Origin: a virus
Virus record (IMG/VR): IMGVR_UViG_3300027798_000016
Location: 61,391 to 125,390 of that record
Length of the DNA: 64,000 bases
Reading direction: 5' to 3' (one strand)
The translations under genes were made by a program, and so were the position numbers. The notes under the pieces are model-generated. The model worked only from the letters and a program-made list of their open reading frames with translations. It had not been told where the DNA came from and made no database searches. Of the stretch, positions 54,129-63,998 are shown one piece after another; position 1 is the stretch's first letter, and every line of letters begins with the position of its first letter.

Positions 54129-55301
54129 TTATTCCAAAAATAAGGGTAAGCTTTGACAATTGGTTAGTCCCCTAGTGATACCACCAATCTTGGTCCAATT
54201 AGAACCAACTATCTCTGCAAGCTTTTCTAAGCCGGCCTTGTACACTTGCGTATGTTCTGCGTTAGTGTCCTTAAGGAACCATTCATCCCTGGGACTCCAC
54301 ATTAATAAAAAATCATGCTTGCCACTGGTGTAGGTATCGGGATTCCAATCAGGATACACCAATCGATGTAGTCCATCATTGGTAAGATACCAGGTGATTC
54401 CATTCTTTTTAACATGTCCGAGCGCATTGCTTTTCTTACTAAGCCACCTGCTGTTTAAATCAATGTCTGGTATGTTGTTCAAGTACCGCTTGATGATATG
54501 TCCTTGTTTGCTTAGTAATTCTCTGGCATCTGGACTCCAGAAAAAGAATTCATCGTTTTCCCATGCACGGTCTAGAGTTTGTGTCAATGGATTAACTGAG
54601 TTATCGACAATGTCGACAAATTGAATGGCAAATTTTCCGTTGATATTGGTCACCCTTGGCTTGTCCATGCCCCATACAAAGCATACCCGCTTTCCTTGAG
54701 CAAACAAGTCTAAGTAGTCTTTTTCTTTTTCTCTAATGTATCTACGAGCTTGCTGGTTTGGACTAAACACAGCATTTGCTTTATAGATAAAATCAAATTT
54801 GTTATCGTCTTTGTCAAACAAGTCTGCTTGATAGTCCAACTGATCAACCAACCGAAACTTTGTATTAGGACTAGACTCTAGTATCCTTTCTGCCACAGGA
54901 ATGGCCACCTGTTTTACTTCACTGTTGAGATATGTGTCCCATGAACCATCTCCGCCCATATTATGGAATGTGGCAAGTTCATCTACAAATAGTCCTTCAT
55001 CAACAAATGCACGAAGCATGGTGTAACTATCTGCGCCACCCGACCACCAAAGCACAATGTAGTCGTAGCGTTCTCTGATTTGCCTAGCACGGGCTTGATA
55101 CAATTGTTTCAAAGAAACAGGTGGCTCAATGGTCCAATCAAAATTTGTAAATTCGGCATCATTAAAATTCCAATGTACTTTGTTACCGGTCTTATTGGCC
55201 AGCTCAATTGCTTCTACCTTACTGTAGGTTTTGAAATCGCCTACCTGATAGAATCCAAATTTATCTTTGCTCTGATGCGGTAAAATTAAGTTAGGGGTCA
55301 T
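54129..55301 (-). CDS. PP-loop adenine-nucleotide alpha-hydrolase-like protein
   Basis: RARQIRERYDYIVLWWSGGADS, GMDKP, EFFFWSP. Confidence 0.7.
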   Translation of the reverse strand: MTPNLILPHQSKDKFGFYQVGDFKTYSKVEAIELANKTGNKVHWNFNDAEFTNFDWTIEPPVSLKQLYQARARQIRERYDYIVLWWSGGADSYTMLRAFVDEGLFVDELATFHNMGGDGSWDTYLNSEVKQVAIPVAERILESSPNTKFRLVDQLDYQADLFDKDDNKFDFIYKANAVFSPNQQARRYIREKEKDYLDLFAQGKRVCFVWGMDKPRVTNINGKFAIQFVDIVDNSVNPLTQTLDRAWENDEFFFWSPDARELLSKQGHIIKRYLNNIPDIDLNSRWLSKKSNALGHVKKNGITWYLTNDGLHRLVYPDWNPDTYTSGKHDFLLMWSPRDEWFLKDTNAEHTQVYKAGLEKLAEIVGSNWTKIGGITRGLTNCQSLPLFLE

Positions 55302-55308
55302 CTACGGA

Positions 55309-55325
55309 TATTTAATGGTTAAGTA
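55309..55325. promoter_or_regulatory. Back-to-back late-promoter-like motifs
   Basis: TAAATA (-) 7 nt before ATG 55301; TAAGTA (+) 5 nt before ATG 55331. Confidence 0.55.
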
Positions 55326-55330
55326 ATTGC

Positions 55331-56230
55331 ATGACAAGCCAAAACCTATTAGGGTCAAAGTACCCAATAATTGCCATGGCAATGAACAAAGTTAGTGATG
55401 TTAATCTTGCCATTGCTGTTAGGAAAGCTGGCGCAATTCCAAGCCTTTCTGTTTTTAACTACTTCACATCAGCTGACTACATCAATGATGATCTATTAAG
55501 GGCCGCGCTAGTCAGATATAAATCAGCCATTGGCGATTGCAATGTTCTTTTAAGTATCAGTGTTACTGAATTAATAGATAAACGATTTCAAAAAGTAATT
55601 GTAGAAGAACAAGTCGGACTAATTGAACTAATACCAGATTCGCCAGGTGAGACACCATTCTCTCAATTTCGCAACGAGCAACTCACTCTGGCAATTGACG
55701 AAATTCGTAGCAATGGAGTATTGATATTTGTCAAGGTGTTAACACTAGAAGATGTAATAGACAACATTGACGGCGTTATACTAAAGGGCAATGACGGTGC
55801 TGGCCGAGGTACCACTAACTTAGAAATATTATTTGAAAAGATTCGCAATAAATTTGTTGATCTTCCAATCATTGTTTCTGGCGGAATTGGCACAAGCGCA
55901 CAAGTCAAATCGTTCATAGACAGTGGCGCATTGGCCGTTGGCATTGGCACACTATTTGCCGCATCAATAGAAAGTCGTGTTTCACATGAGACCAAATTAA
56001 AAATGGTACAAGCAACCGCTGACAGTATTACAAAGTTAGGTGGTGGCGCCGAACAAAATGCATTGGTATTTTCGTCAACCTCAAACGACACTTATAATAA
56101 TACCAAAGGATTAATGGCCGGCATAAAAAGCCCAGAGTCTGGTCATATATTTGCAGGCACAGGAGTGAATCATATCACTGGCATCCTACCAGTAGACGAA
56201 ATTATACAAAACCTAGTTAAAGATTTATAA
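55331..56230 (+). CDS. FMN-dependent TIM-barrel oxidoreductase (nitronate monooxygenase/FabK family)
   Basis: YPII.MAMN.VSD..LA.AV..AG, G.DGAG, IIVSGGI, GA.AV.IGT.F. Confidence 0.8.
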   Translation: MTSQNLLGSKYPIIAMAMNKVSDVNLAIAVRKAGAIPSLSVFNYFTSADYINDDLLRAALVRYKSAIGDCNVLLSISVTELIDKRFQKVIVEEQVGLIELIPDSPGETPFSQFRNEQLTLAIDEIRSNGVLIFVKVLTLEDVIDNIDGVILKGNDGAGRGTTNLEILFEKIRNKFVDLPIIVSGGIGTSAQVKSFIDSGALAVGIGTLFAASIESRVSHETKLKMVQATADSITKLGGGAEQNALVFSSTSNDTYNNTKGLMAGIKSPESGHIFAGTGVNHITGILPVDEIIQNLVKDL

Positions 56231-57451
56231 TTTTCTAGGATTACCGTAGTGAATAACAGTCATGCCTGGCATGTCTGGCAATGTGCGCCATGGGTCAACA
56301 ATGACACTGCCTGGCGCAATGTCAAAGTAGAAACTGTCTTTTGTGATCTCTACACCAGTACCAGAATAGGTAATGCCAGCATTGTGTGCCATCAGCACAA
56401 CTGCCTTAGGCGACCCAAAAATAACATCTCCGGTCAGTGGATCAGCATAATACAACTGAACATTGTGTCGTTCAACATAGTAACCAACCAATTCACTATA
56501 GCTTCCAATGGTGTAAGGAACATAGGGCTTGTATGCACGACCATGAATGATCACAGGAATGTCATGTTCTTCTGCCAATTTAACCAACCTATCAGCCATC
56601 TTCTTGGCCTGCATATCTCTACTGCCCATAAAGGCATGAAACAAATCGTATCCAAGGTCGTATTCTTCTGCCAGCCAGCGCAAGGCAATGTTATCTCGGG
56701 GATGGCAAGCACCAGCATCGCCCATACCAGCAGTCAAATATTTTGGACCAGTGATTCTTTGTGTAGCGGCCTTGAGTGCATCAGTGACAACATCAACATT
56801 GATGTTGCCATTGGCTTCTGCAACATCTTGAATCATGTTGACTAGCCCAATCTTGGCGCTGATAAATGTGTTATAGAAAATCTTAATGGCTTCTGCTTCA
56901 TCCCATGTGCCCACATTGATCTGCGGCGTATTTTCCATGATGGGTTTGTAAAAGTCAATTAGTAAGCCAGCATCACCTGTGCGAGTGCCATCTTCTGTGC
57001 CAATGATCAAGCACTCAGGATTGACCATGTCCCACTTAACCGAGCCCATGGCAATCAAATAAGGGTTGTAGATGAAACGGGCATTGGTAATCAACGGTTG
57101 TAAATGCTGTCGTACTGTGCCTGGTAAAACTGTACTGATAAGAACTACCAATTGATCTCGAGTCACATGCGGATTAATCTCACCCAACACTTGTTGTACA
57201 ATGCTGTAGTCAAAGTTCTTTGGAGGCAAATCTGTAATTGGTGAACTGCCACCATAGGCTGGATCATGCGGAGTAGGTACTGCTACAAAGATTAAATCTC
57301 GTCCTGCTACTGCTTCTGCAATAGTATCTAATAATGTAATTTGGGCTTCTGGATCTTTTACCACATCGTATCCAACAACATCATAGTGTTTTGCCATTAC
57401 TTCTGCACATGGTAAACCTAATTTACCACAGCCAATCATTGCTACTTTCAT
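56225..57451 (-). CDS. UDP-glucose/GDP-mannose dehydrogenase
   Basis: GCGKLG, AVPTP, STVLPGT, KIFYNTFIS, GDAGACHPRD, AYKP. Confidence 0.9.
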   Translation of the reverse strand: MKVAMIGCGKLGLPCAEVMAKHYDVVGYDVVKDPEAQITLLDTIAEAVAGRDLIFVAVPTPHDPAYGGSSPITDLPPKNFDYSIVQQVLGEINPHVTRDQLVVLISTVLPGTVRQHLQPLITNARFIYNPYLIAMGSVKWDMVNPECLIIGTEDGTRTGDAGLLIDFYKPIMENTPQINVGTWDEAEAIKIFYNTFISAKIGLVNMIQDVAEANGNINVDVVTDALKAATQRITGPKYLTAGMGDAGACHPRDNIALRWLAEEYDLGYDLFHAFMGSRDMQAKKMADRLVKLAEEHDIPVIIHGRAYKPYVPYTIGSYSELVGYYVERHNVQLYYADPLTGDVIFGSPKAVVLMAHNAGITYSGTGVEITKDSFYFDIAPGSVIVDPWRTLPDMPGMTVIHYGNPRKL

Positions 57452-57481
57452 CTCAGTCCTTAAAAATTATAACTGTATTTA

Positions 57482-58768
57482 TTAAAATGAATTCCAAATT
57501 CCTAAAACAAGCTGATATAACTGTTTGTCTGGATGAGGTTTACATAAAGTCAAGTGCCGCTGATTAAACAACTGTTGGTTATGTTGTAAAATTGGTTTTA
57601 TTTTTTCTCGCATGTACAGCAGTTCTTCTGGTGACAAACGGGATATACGCACAACTTCATTTAGAGCCATTCGGATTCGCTGATTTAGATCCTGTACACA
57701 ATCATAGCTTTCGTCCCAGAATGATCCAAATGTATAGTAGCCCTGTCGACGCAATTCTTTCAACATGCCTGGACTGGAAATTATAATAAAAGGATGGCCT
57801 GCGGCAATTGTTTTCCAAGTTTTTTCACTGAAGAAAATTGTTCCTGCATCAAATAATGTTTCGGGTACTATGGACAAAAATGTCTGTTGATAATGCTCAA
57901 CAATCAAATCCCATGCAGGATTGAACTCACCTAAATTTTTGTCAATTTCAAGCGGAATCAACTGGTCTAATTTTAATGCCTGTGCTTCCAAATCTGGCCG
58001 TCCGTATTTGACAACTCTGCTCACGCTGTTTTTTAGATTGTCGCCCCAGTAACTGATCAAACCCTTATCAACAAGATTCCTTTTAATCAACTCACACATC
58101 AATAATGTTCGATGTGGTCTTGGTCTACGATTGTAACTTAAAAAGAATTTGTCACTGGGCTGATATTCAATTGGTTGATCCAGGAGCACAGGCACCCAGC
58201 ACACAAAGGTGTTAACAGTCATTGTTGTGAAATTATAACCGGCAGTCAATTCTTTGCCTTTGAAATTACCGTGTATGTAATATACCTGGTCTTTGGTAAG
58301 TTTATGTTTGATGCACCATTCATTTAAAATCTTATAGTCATTTTCAAACGATAAGCTGGCACTGGTTCCTTCTAGGGGAAATATCAATACAATCTTGGCC
58401 CTGCCCATCTTTACATCAGCAAACACTTGATCGTGAATGAGATCAAATCCAATGTCTTTATGATTATTAAAATAATCAGTGTCTCTGATCATGATCGGAA
58501 AGATATACTTTTCTCCAATCACCGTTGGCAAGTGTGAATAGCGTACATTACCATTGAAGCTGTATAGAAAATCATCTTTGTTTGCCGGGTAATTGAAGGC
58601 TTCGAGTCTATCTCTGAGATCACCAAATACTTCTTCAGTCGTGAACCATTGAGTGCCATGGGTCACTGGTAATTTTTTCTCCCCGTTGATTATAAAGTCA
58701 GCAGGAACAGTATTAGGAGTCCACCATTCATATTCATTATTCCAATTTTGAAAAGCAAACTGTATCAT
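57482..58768 (-). CDS. Glycosyltransferase-like protein (SEKT family)
   Basis: FLSYNRRPRPHR...SIVPET...FFSEKTWK.I..GHPF...GY.TF..WDESYD. Confidence 0.55.
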   Translation of the reverse strand: MIQFAFQNWNNEYEWWTPNTVPADFIINGEKKLPVTHGTQWFTTEEVFGDLRDRLEAFNYPANKDDFLYSFNGNVRYSHLPTVIGEKYIFPIMIRDTDYFNNHKDIGFDLIHDQVFADVKMGRAKIVLIFPLEGTSASLSFENDYKILNEWCIKHKLTKDQVYYIHGNFKGKELTAGYNFTTMTVNTFVCWVPVLLDQPIEYQPSDKFFLSYNRRPRPHRTLLMCELIKRNLVDKGLISYWGDNLKNSVSRVVKYGRPDLEAQALKLDQLIPLEIDKNLGEFNPAWDLIVEHYQQTFLSIVPETLFDAGTIFFSEKTWKTIAAGHPFIIISSPGMLKELRRQGYYTFGSFWDESYDCVQDLNQRIRMALNEVVRISRLSPEELLYMREKIKPILQHNQQLFNQRHLTLCKPHPDKQLYQLVLGIWNSF

Positions 58769-58769
58769 G

Positions 58770-60245
58770 TTACGGAATTACTACAGCATCTGTGTCAACA
58801 ATGGCAAGTTCTTTGGCCAACTTACTGGCTTCATACTCTTCTCGACACCTGTTGTAAAATGCAGTAAACTCTGGAAATGTCTTTAAGAAGTTTAAATTAT
58901 TTCTAGCATCAAATTGCGTCACAAACAAATAGAAGTCATGCCTGGCAGTAATATTTTCAGCTTGATTTGGATTCTCTGCTTCAATAATATTGACAAGTCG
59001 TTGCAGGTTATCTATTTCATGTGGATAAAAACCATCGTGAAATTCAAACTCATCAAACTTGGCAATGTTATTTTTTGCCCAAGCAAGTGTATTGATCAAC
59101 TGTCCAGTCAGATCATCATCTGCAATCAATGCACTTAGATATCTAGGGTGCCTGAGATAAGGAAAGTCCAGATTAACTCCTCGAATGCCATTGGGCTTGT
59201 CGATGGCAGTTGCACTACGACGAATACTTAAAATATCATTCAAGAACAATTTAAATTTGGGTATGCTTAAAATATTAAAGGTACACATGATGGTGATGTC
59301 CAGCGTTGGATATCGTAGAGTCAAGTTCCATAGGTTGTAGTACCATTTTTGATAGTCTAGTCCTTGACGAATGTACTCTGCTTGATCACCCCATGTGTCA
59401 CAGCTGGTAAAAATTTGTAGACGCTTGACCATATTGCCATCTTTGATCAGTTTACACTTGTCAAAGAACTTGTCCAACACCTTTTGATCAGCACCCAGGT
59501 TAGTGTTGATGGCCAGATCCAAATTGGGATTGGGATTTTCAATGATCCAATCCAGTGTTCTAAATGTTTCTTTGCTCAGCAACGGCTCGCCGCCTGTGAT
59601 ACGAAATGTGCGAAGATTGGGATATAGTGTGGGCCACCATTTCCACCAGGCCTCTACATAAGGATTCACATCTTTATTGGGAATAGGCATACGGTTGGCA
59701 TCTCGTAGCCAATTGATGTCATGATCAGATGTTTTGGTCAGCATGATTGGACCATGACGCTTGGCAGTTTCCATCAAGGTACTGCTGATTTCCGGACTAC
59801 AGTACCCGCAACCAAAATTACAAGCATTGCTAAAACTTACTTCAACATAACTTGGCTGTACATCTGCGTCCCAGGGCATCTGTGCGCTGGACTCTAAGAA
59901 TGGAGTGGCCCAGCTTTCGTCAGCGGATTTTTTAATGCGATCACTGTAGTGGTCTCCGGGTGCATCCTCGGCCCGCCAGCAGTAATCACATTCGCCTGGG
60001 CGAATGCCGTCTAACATTTCTTTGCGTAGAGTTTTTTTGTACCATGTGTTATGCAATGCGCTTGGGTTAACAGCCACTTCAGCCAATGGAACTCGATGAG
60101 TCTGTGGATGATGACACGAATGTGTTTGTCCCGTGGCCAAGTGAATTGTAACCTGTTGCCACTTGGCCACGCAATAGGTTGGGCTTACTTTGTCCAATTC
60201 ACTTTTGATGTGAATCATTCGTTTGGCAAATTCGGTTTTTTTCAT
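58770..60245 (-). CDS. Radical SAM protein with N-terminal auxiliary Fe-S (twitch/SPASM-like) domain
   Basis: CNFGCGYC, ITGGEPL; N-terminal C...SCHH...CDYCW. Confidence 0.88.
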   Translation of the reverse strand: MKKTEFAKRMIHIKSELDKVSPTYCVAKWQQVTIHLATGQTHSCHHPQTHRVPLAEVAVNPSALHNTWYKKTLRKEMLDGIRPGECDYCWRAEDAPGDHYSDRIKKSADESWATPFLESSAQMPWDADVQPSYVEVSFSNACNFGCGYCSPEISSTLMETAKRHGPIMLTKTSDHDINWLRDANRMPIPNKDVNPYVEAWWKWWPTLYPNLRTFRITGGEPLLSKETFRTLDWIIENPNPNLDLAINTNLGADQKVLDKFFDKCKLIKDGNMVKRLQIFTSCDTWGDQAEYIRQGLDYQKWYYNLWNLTLRYPTLDITIMCTFNILSIPKFKLFLNDILSIRRSATAIDKPNGIRGVNLDFPYLRHPRYLSALIADDDLTGQLINTLAWAKNNIAKFDEFEFHDGFYPHEIDNLQRLVNIIEAENPNQAENITARHDFYLFVTQFDARNNLNFLKTFPEFTAFYNRCREEYEASKLAKELAIVDTDAVVIP

Positions 60246-60276
60246 TTAAGCAGTATTTAATGTTTAGATATTTAGT

Positions 60277-61593
60277 TTAGGCCATAGCCCAGTAGGATTC
60301 AATTGCTGGGATTACCTGTGATCCAATTAGTTTGTTGATTCGTTCGGTGTCCATAAGAATTTGTCTATTGTGCTGTATGGCGGGTTCACAGCGGACCAAC
60401 AGTTGTGCAAATTCAGCATCGCCAAGTTTGATCAAGGACTTTAGCACACGCATCAGTTCAATTGCCCGTTCGACATGGTCTGTAATTGTATCGTATTCTT
60501 CATTGATCCAGGGACTAAAAGTTCGGAATCCGATGGCTCTTAGACTTTGAAGATAAAATGCAGGTGCCATGGCAAGAAATATTTGTCCAATCAGCATGGG
60601 CTTCCAAACTTTTTCACTGGCAAACACTGACTCGCTGAAAAAGAATGTTTCGCTCACAATGTTGATGGGAAACTGTGTGTAGTATTCTTCATTGATGTCC
60701 AACGCATGATTCTTTTTAAAGTTATCAGTGTCTGCAATCAATGGCAAGCGAGCATACATGCGATCAAAATCAGCATCTAAATTATCAATGCTTCCATTGA
60801 GTGCATCCTTGAGCCACTGCCATTGGTATGGAATATCAAATGCATGTTTGTCAAATCCATCAACTTCATCTTCAAAGTTGCGTGGCATGCTTACTCCGCC
60901 ATGTTCAATTAAATTAAATCGTTCAAGCAGAGTCAGCAACAATATTCTATGCACATGCGGCCGACGATTAAGACACATGTATCTAGTATTGCCCTGTTGC
61001 CAGGTTGCCTGTTGTAGTTTTGACTTGACAGCTGAAAATTCTCGGTCTCTGTTGATCCAGTTGATGAAAAATCCATACCAACTTGTTTGCATATTTGTAC
61101 GGACTCCAACTTTATCACACCATTGCCAGTACAACTGCTCTACATTGTAGCTACTGCTGACATAAAGAATTCTGTTGTGTAGGTCATTGTCTTCTATCCA
61201 CTGCCATAGCTCTGGAAATACTTCTTCAGTAAATCCTTCTAGGCTATAATCAATTACTATTTGACAAGCAGGATCATTCCAGGCCGCTATGCGTGTTGGA
61301 TGAGTGAGCCAATGCTTGATGTATTTTAACTTGTTGACATTCCATCCACCCAGCAAGCCAATGAATATTGCACCCCGTTGACCCGGCACAAACTGGTCCA
61401 AGGGTCGAATTTCTATTGGATGATTAAAGTATTTGAATACGCCCGCACCAATTAATGGATGCCGAGTGAAGTGTTCTGTATCATCATCTAGGTTCCAAAT
61501 ATCCTGCTCTAGATAACCATGCCATTGTGCAAACAGATTGTTTCCATCTATGTTTCTTTCAATCTTATCGCCGTATAATATAATACTGTCCAT
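60277..61593 (-). CDS. Glycosyltransferase-like protein (SEKT family), paralog of 57482-58768
   Basis: YMCLNRRPHVHR...NIVSET...FASEKVWKP...GFRTF..INEEYD. Confidence 0.55.
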   Translation of the reverse strand: MDSIILYGDKIERNIDGNNLFAQWHGYLEQDIWNLDDDTEHFTRHPLIGAGVFKYFNHPIEIRPLDQFVPGQRGAIFIGLLGGWNVNKLKYIKHWLTHPTRIAAWNDPACQIVIDYSLEGFTEEVFPELWQWIEDNDLHNRILYVSSSYNVEQLYWQWCDKVGVRTNMQTSWYGFFINWINRDREFSAVKSKLQQATWQQGNTRYMCLNRRPHVHRILLLTLLERFNLIEHGGVSMPRNFEDEVDGFDKHAFDIPYQWQWLKDALNGSIDNLDADFDRMYARLPLIADTDNFKKNHALDINEEYYTQFPINIVSETFFFSESVFASEKVWKPMLIGQIFLAMAPAFYLQSLRAIGFRTFSPWINEEYDTITDHVERAIELMRVLKSLIKLGDAEFAQLLVRCEPAIQHNRQILMDTERINKLIGSQVIPAIESYWAMA

Positions 61594-61608
61594 GCGATAC
61601 TTATAGTC

Positions 61609-61656
61609 AAAGAAAAACCCAAGTGTGCCAGGAGAGCTACTCCGCAGTGACTTGGG
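61609..61656 (-). terminator. Long hairpin with U-tract: terminator after the endolysin gene, or 3' end of a small RNA
   Basis: CCCAAGT...GGAG-tagct-CTCC...ACTTGGG-TTTTTCTTT on the - strand. Confidence 0.65.
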
Positions 61657-61678
61657 CCGTGTTAAGTTTATTTATCTA

Positions 61679-62296
61679 TTAGATTGATTGCAGAACATGT
61701 AATATATGATGGAAGTGTTCGCTTCTGTCTTTGAGGCCAATTGTGCCACCGTTGATCAACTTGGTTGCTCGCTCCACATCACCTGTGTCGCTGACAGCAT
61801 TTAGTTTTCTAGTGTCCCAGTACCAACCTGCTGAAAGAATAGCCGCTGGATTCTGCGCCACTTGATCAGGGTCATTGACCAAGTCTAAGCCTAGTGCATC
61901 ACCGCATTTGGTATAATTTTCTTTGCCGGTCAATTGAATAATGCCGCGTCCGCGATACAGGTAGCCTTCTCCAGAAGCTTCGTTGCCATTGCCCATACGG
62001 TCACAATAGGCACGATTGGCAATCATTTCTGGCTTACGGGCATACTGATCTGCCACACCCTGAAACCTTTTTGGCCAAAATGTCATTAATGCTTTGGCGG
62101 CATAGTTTAAGTTTTCTTCTACTGCATTAAAGTTTCCGCTTTCATGTGCAGTCTGTGCAAGAAACATGGCCATACGCTCTGGATTGCTAATGTCAAAGTG
62201 TTCAAAAGTTTCATTGAAGCCTTCGCAAAACATTTCTAGCCTTGCTGTCTTGGCCTGTGGTAAACAAGCCTGTAGAATTTCTACTGTGATTTCCAT
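61679..62296 (-). CDS. Glycoside hydrolase family 19 endolysin
   Basis: FLAQTAHES, ENLNY, YRGRG.IQLTGKENY, SAGWYW, TKLINGG..GL.DR. Confidence 0.92.
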   Translation of the reverse strand: MEITVEILQACLPQAKTARLEMFCEGFNETFEHFDISNPERMAMFLAQTAHESGNFNAVEENLNYAAKALMTFWPKRFQGVADQYARKPEMIANRAYCDRMGNGNEASGEGYLYRGRGIIQLTGKENYTKCGDALGLDLVNDPDQVAQNPAAILSAGWYWDTRKLNAVSDTGDVERATKLINGGTIGLKDRSEHFHHILHVLQSI

Positions 62297-62297
62297 A

Positions 62298-63998
62298 TTA
62301 TTTCCTTGTTAGGTACCCATTGGATAACTTCTTGTATCCTGTTGGGATTGGTTTGGCCATTCTGCTATTTCCACACCAGTATTCATTTTCATTCACTGCT
62401 GGCAATGCTTTCAGGCTTTCGGTCTTGGGCTTTTGTTTGTTGTGCATGTTCCACATTGTGGCATAAGCCCTACTGGTATCATTTTTATATTGTGCCAACA
62501 GCTTCTTTTCTATATCAATTGGAAAGTTTGGTGGAGCACTTTCGTCCATGTCTTTTCCAATACGACTAATCATTTTTGCTGGACCGGTGCTTTCCACAGT
62601 CTTTCTACTTTCAGACACTTGTTTAACAACAGCAGTGGCGGCCTGTGCCTTTTCTGGTGGCAACTTGGCAATCTGAGCTGTGGCATATTGTTCAACTTTG
62701 TCGGAACTGCCCAGTTTGTCTGTGGCCATGTCCCATAGTTTTTCAACGCCTGCCATGCCCATTTTGGCCGCGTTGTAGGCACCGTATGCGGCCAATGGAA
62801 TACCAAGTAAAGGACCCAGGATGCCCACAATGGCCGGCGCACCAGCGGCCGCCACAAGTCCTAGGCCAAGCCCACCTGCCATCTTAGCCATGGCAGGAGC
62901 GTCTTCTTCTACTCTAATAAGTCCAGATGCCATTGCTTGCTTTCGCAATGCGCCAGTCCTTCTCATTAATTCTTTTCTAAGTTCGGGATCTTTTGCTGTT
63001 TGCGGATCAAGTTGTATATCCTGTAGTGCCTTCTTTTGAGCCAAATATTGATCTTTACTCAATGGTGCAAAAGTTCTTGCGTCTTCCTCAACACCGCGTT
63101 CACCAGGTACACTACCTTTGAAGTTCTTTTGTTTGTCAATTAGATCACGCAACTGTAGCATTAGACGATCAAATGCCACAGGACTGCTCATGTACTGCAA
63201 AAATTCTGCTTGACGGCCAGCTTTCAAGAAAGCCTTGTATTTGCCTGCCAAGAAGCGAGCTTCTGTATATTCAAGGGTGATGGGTTCGCCACCTAGATCA
63301 AATGTTGCATCTTGGCCGGCATCAACTGCTTTCATTACAGCCAGCATATTGTTGTATCCTTGATTACCTGTGCCCATATCTTTTTCCTTTATGCCTACTT
63401 TCATGCCAGTCTTGGTTTGAAAGCGTTTTAGTATGTCAAATTCTTGTGGTGTAATTTTACCCACACGATACATTTTATCGATTAATGTTTGAATCTCTGG
63501 CGGTACATTGGCTCGCTGTTTACGCTCAGGAGCTCCGTATTCTGTATCAACTGCCACTGTGTTACCATCTGGTCGACTAAAGTAGTCGCGCATGGCCGCC
63601 AGACTGGCTTCATCAACTTTGGGATCAATGCCTTGTTCTTCCTGGCTTAGTAAATAGTCCCAAACACCAGTGGTCATCATTTCTGCTTTGGCGATTTTTT
63701 CTTGTGCCCACTCTGGTAAGTTTTCGTTGTCACCAATGGTGTCTAGCAAGCCGTTGACAGCTCGAGCCATGGTGCGTAAGTTACTCTTTGCCATGCCTGC
63801 TTCGTCATCGTATTCAGGATTGCCACCTTCCGCTACAGGTTGTGCCGTTGGCTCCCAATACAATTTTTTACCATTGGGCAGGGTAACTTGAACAGGCCCA
63901 TCAATCATTTTAGATTGAACAATTTTGCTGTTGGGGAATTTTCTTTTGACTGCATCAATCCAGTCTCGTTGAGTCCAGCCTTTGCTGTCAACTGCTCG
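62298..63998 (-). CDS. Multi-module probable internal head protein, 5'-truncated by the window edge
   Basis: Frame stays open to the window end (RAVDSKGWTQ...SKMIDGP); modules separated by V/I/M-x-E motifs. Confidence 0.55.
   Translation of the reverse strand, partial: RAVDSKGWTQRDWIDAVKRKFPNSKIVQSKMIDGPVQVTLPNGKKLYWEPTAQPVAEGGNPEYDDEAGMAKSNLRTMARAVNGLLDTIGDNENLPEWAQEKIAKAEMMTTGVWDYLLSQEEQGIDPKVDEASLAAMRDYFSRPDGNTVAVDTEYGAPERKQRANVPPEIQTLIDKMYRVGKITPQEFDILKRFQTKTGMKVGIKEKDMGTGNQGYNNMLAVMKAVDAGQDATFDLGGEPITLEYTEARFLAGKYKAFLKAGRQAEFLQYMSSPVAFDRLMLQLRDLIDKQKNFKGSVPGERGVEEDARTFAPLSKDQYLAQKKALQDIQLDPQTAKDPELRKELMRRTGALRKQAMASGLIRVEEDAPAMAKMAGGLGLGLVAAAGAPAIVGILGPLLGIPLAAYGAYNAAKMGMAGVEKLWDMATDKLGSSDKVEQYATAQIAKLPPEKAQAATAVVKQVSESRKTVESTGPAKMISRIGKDMDESAPPNFPIDIEKKLLAQYKNDTSRAYATMWNMHNKQKPKTESLKALPAVNENEYWCGNSRMAKPIPTGYKKLSNGYLTRK

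Noticed and set aside
61609-61674. preQ1 riboswitch, suggested by the que genes
   Set aside because: Far from the que genes and lacks the preQ1-I stem-loop plus A-rich tail signature in the transcribed orientation
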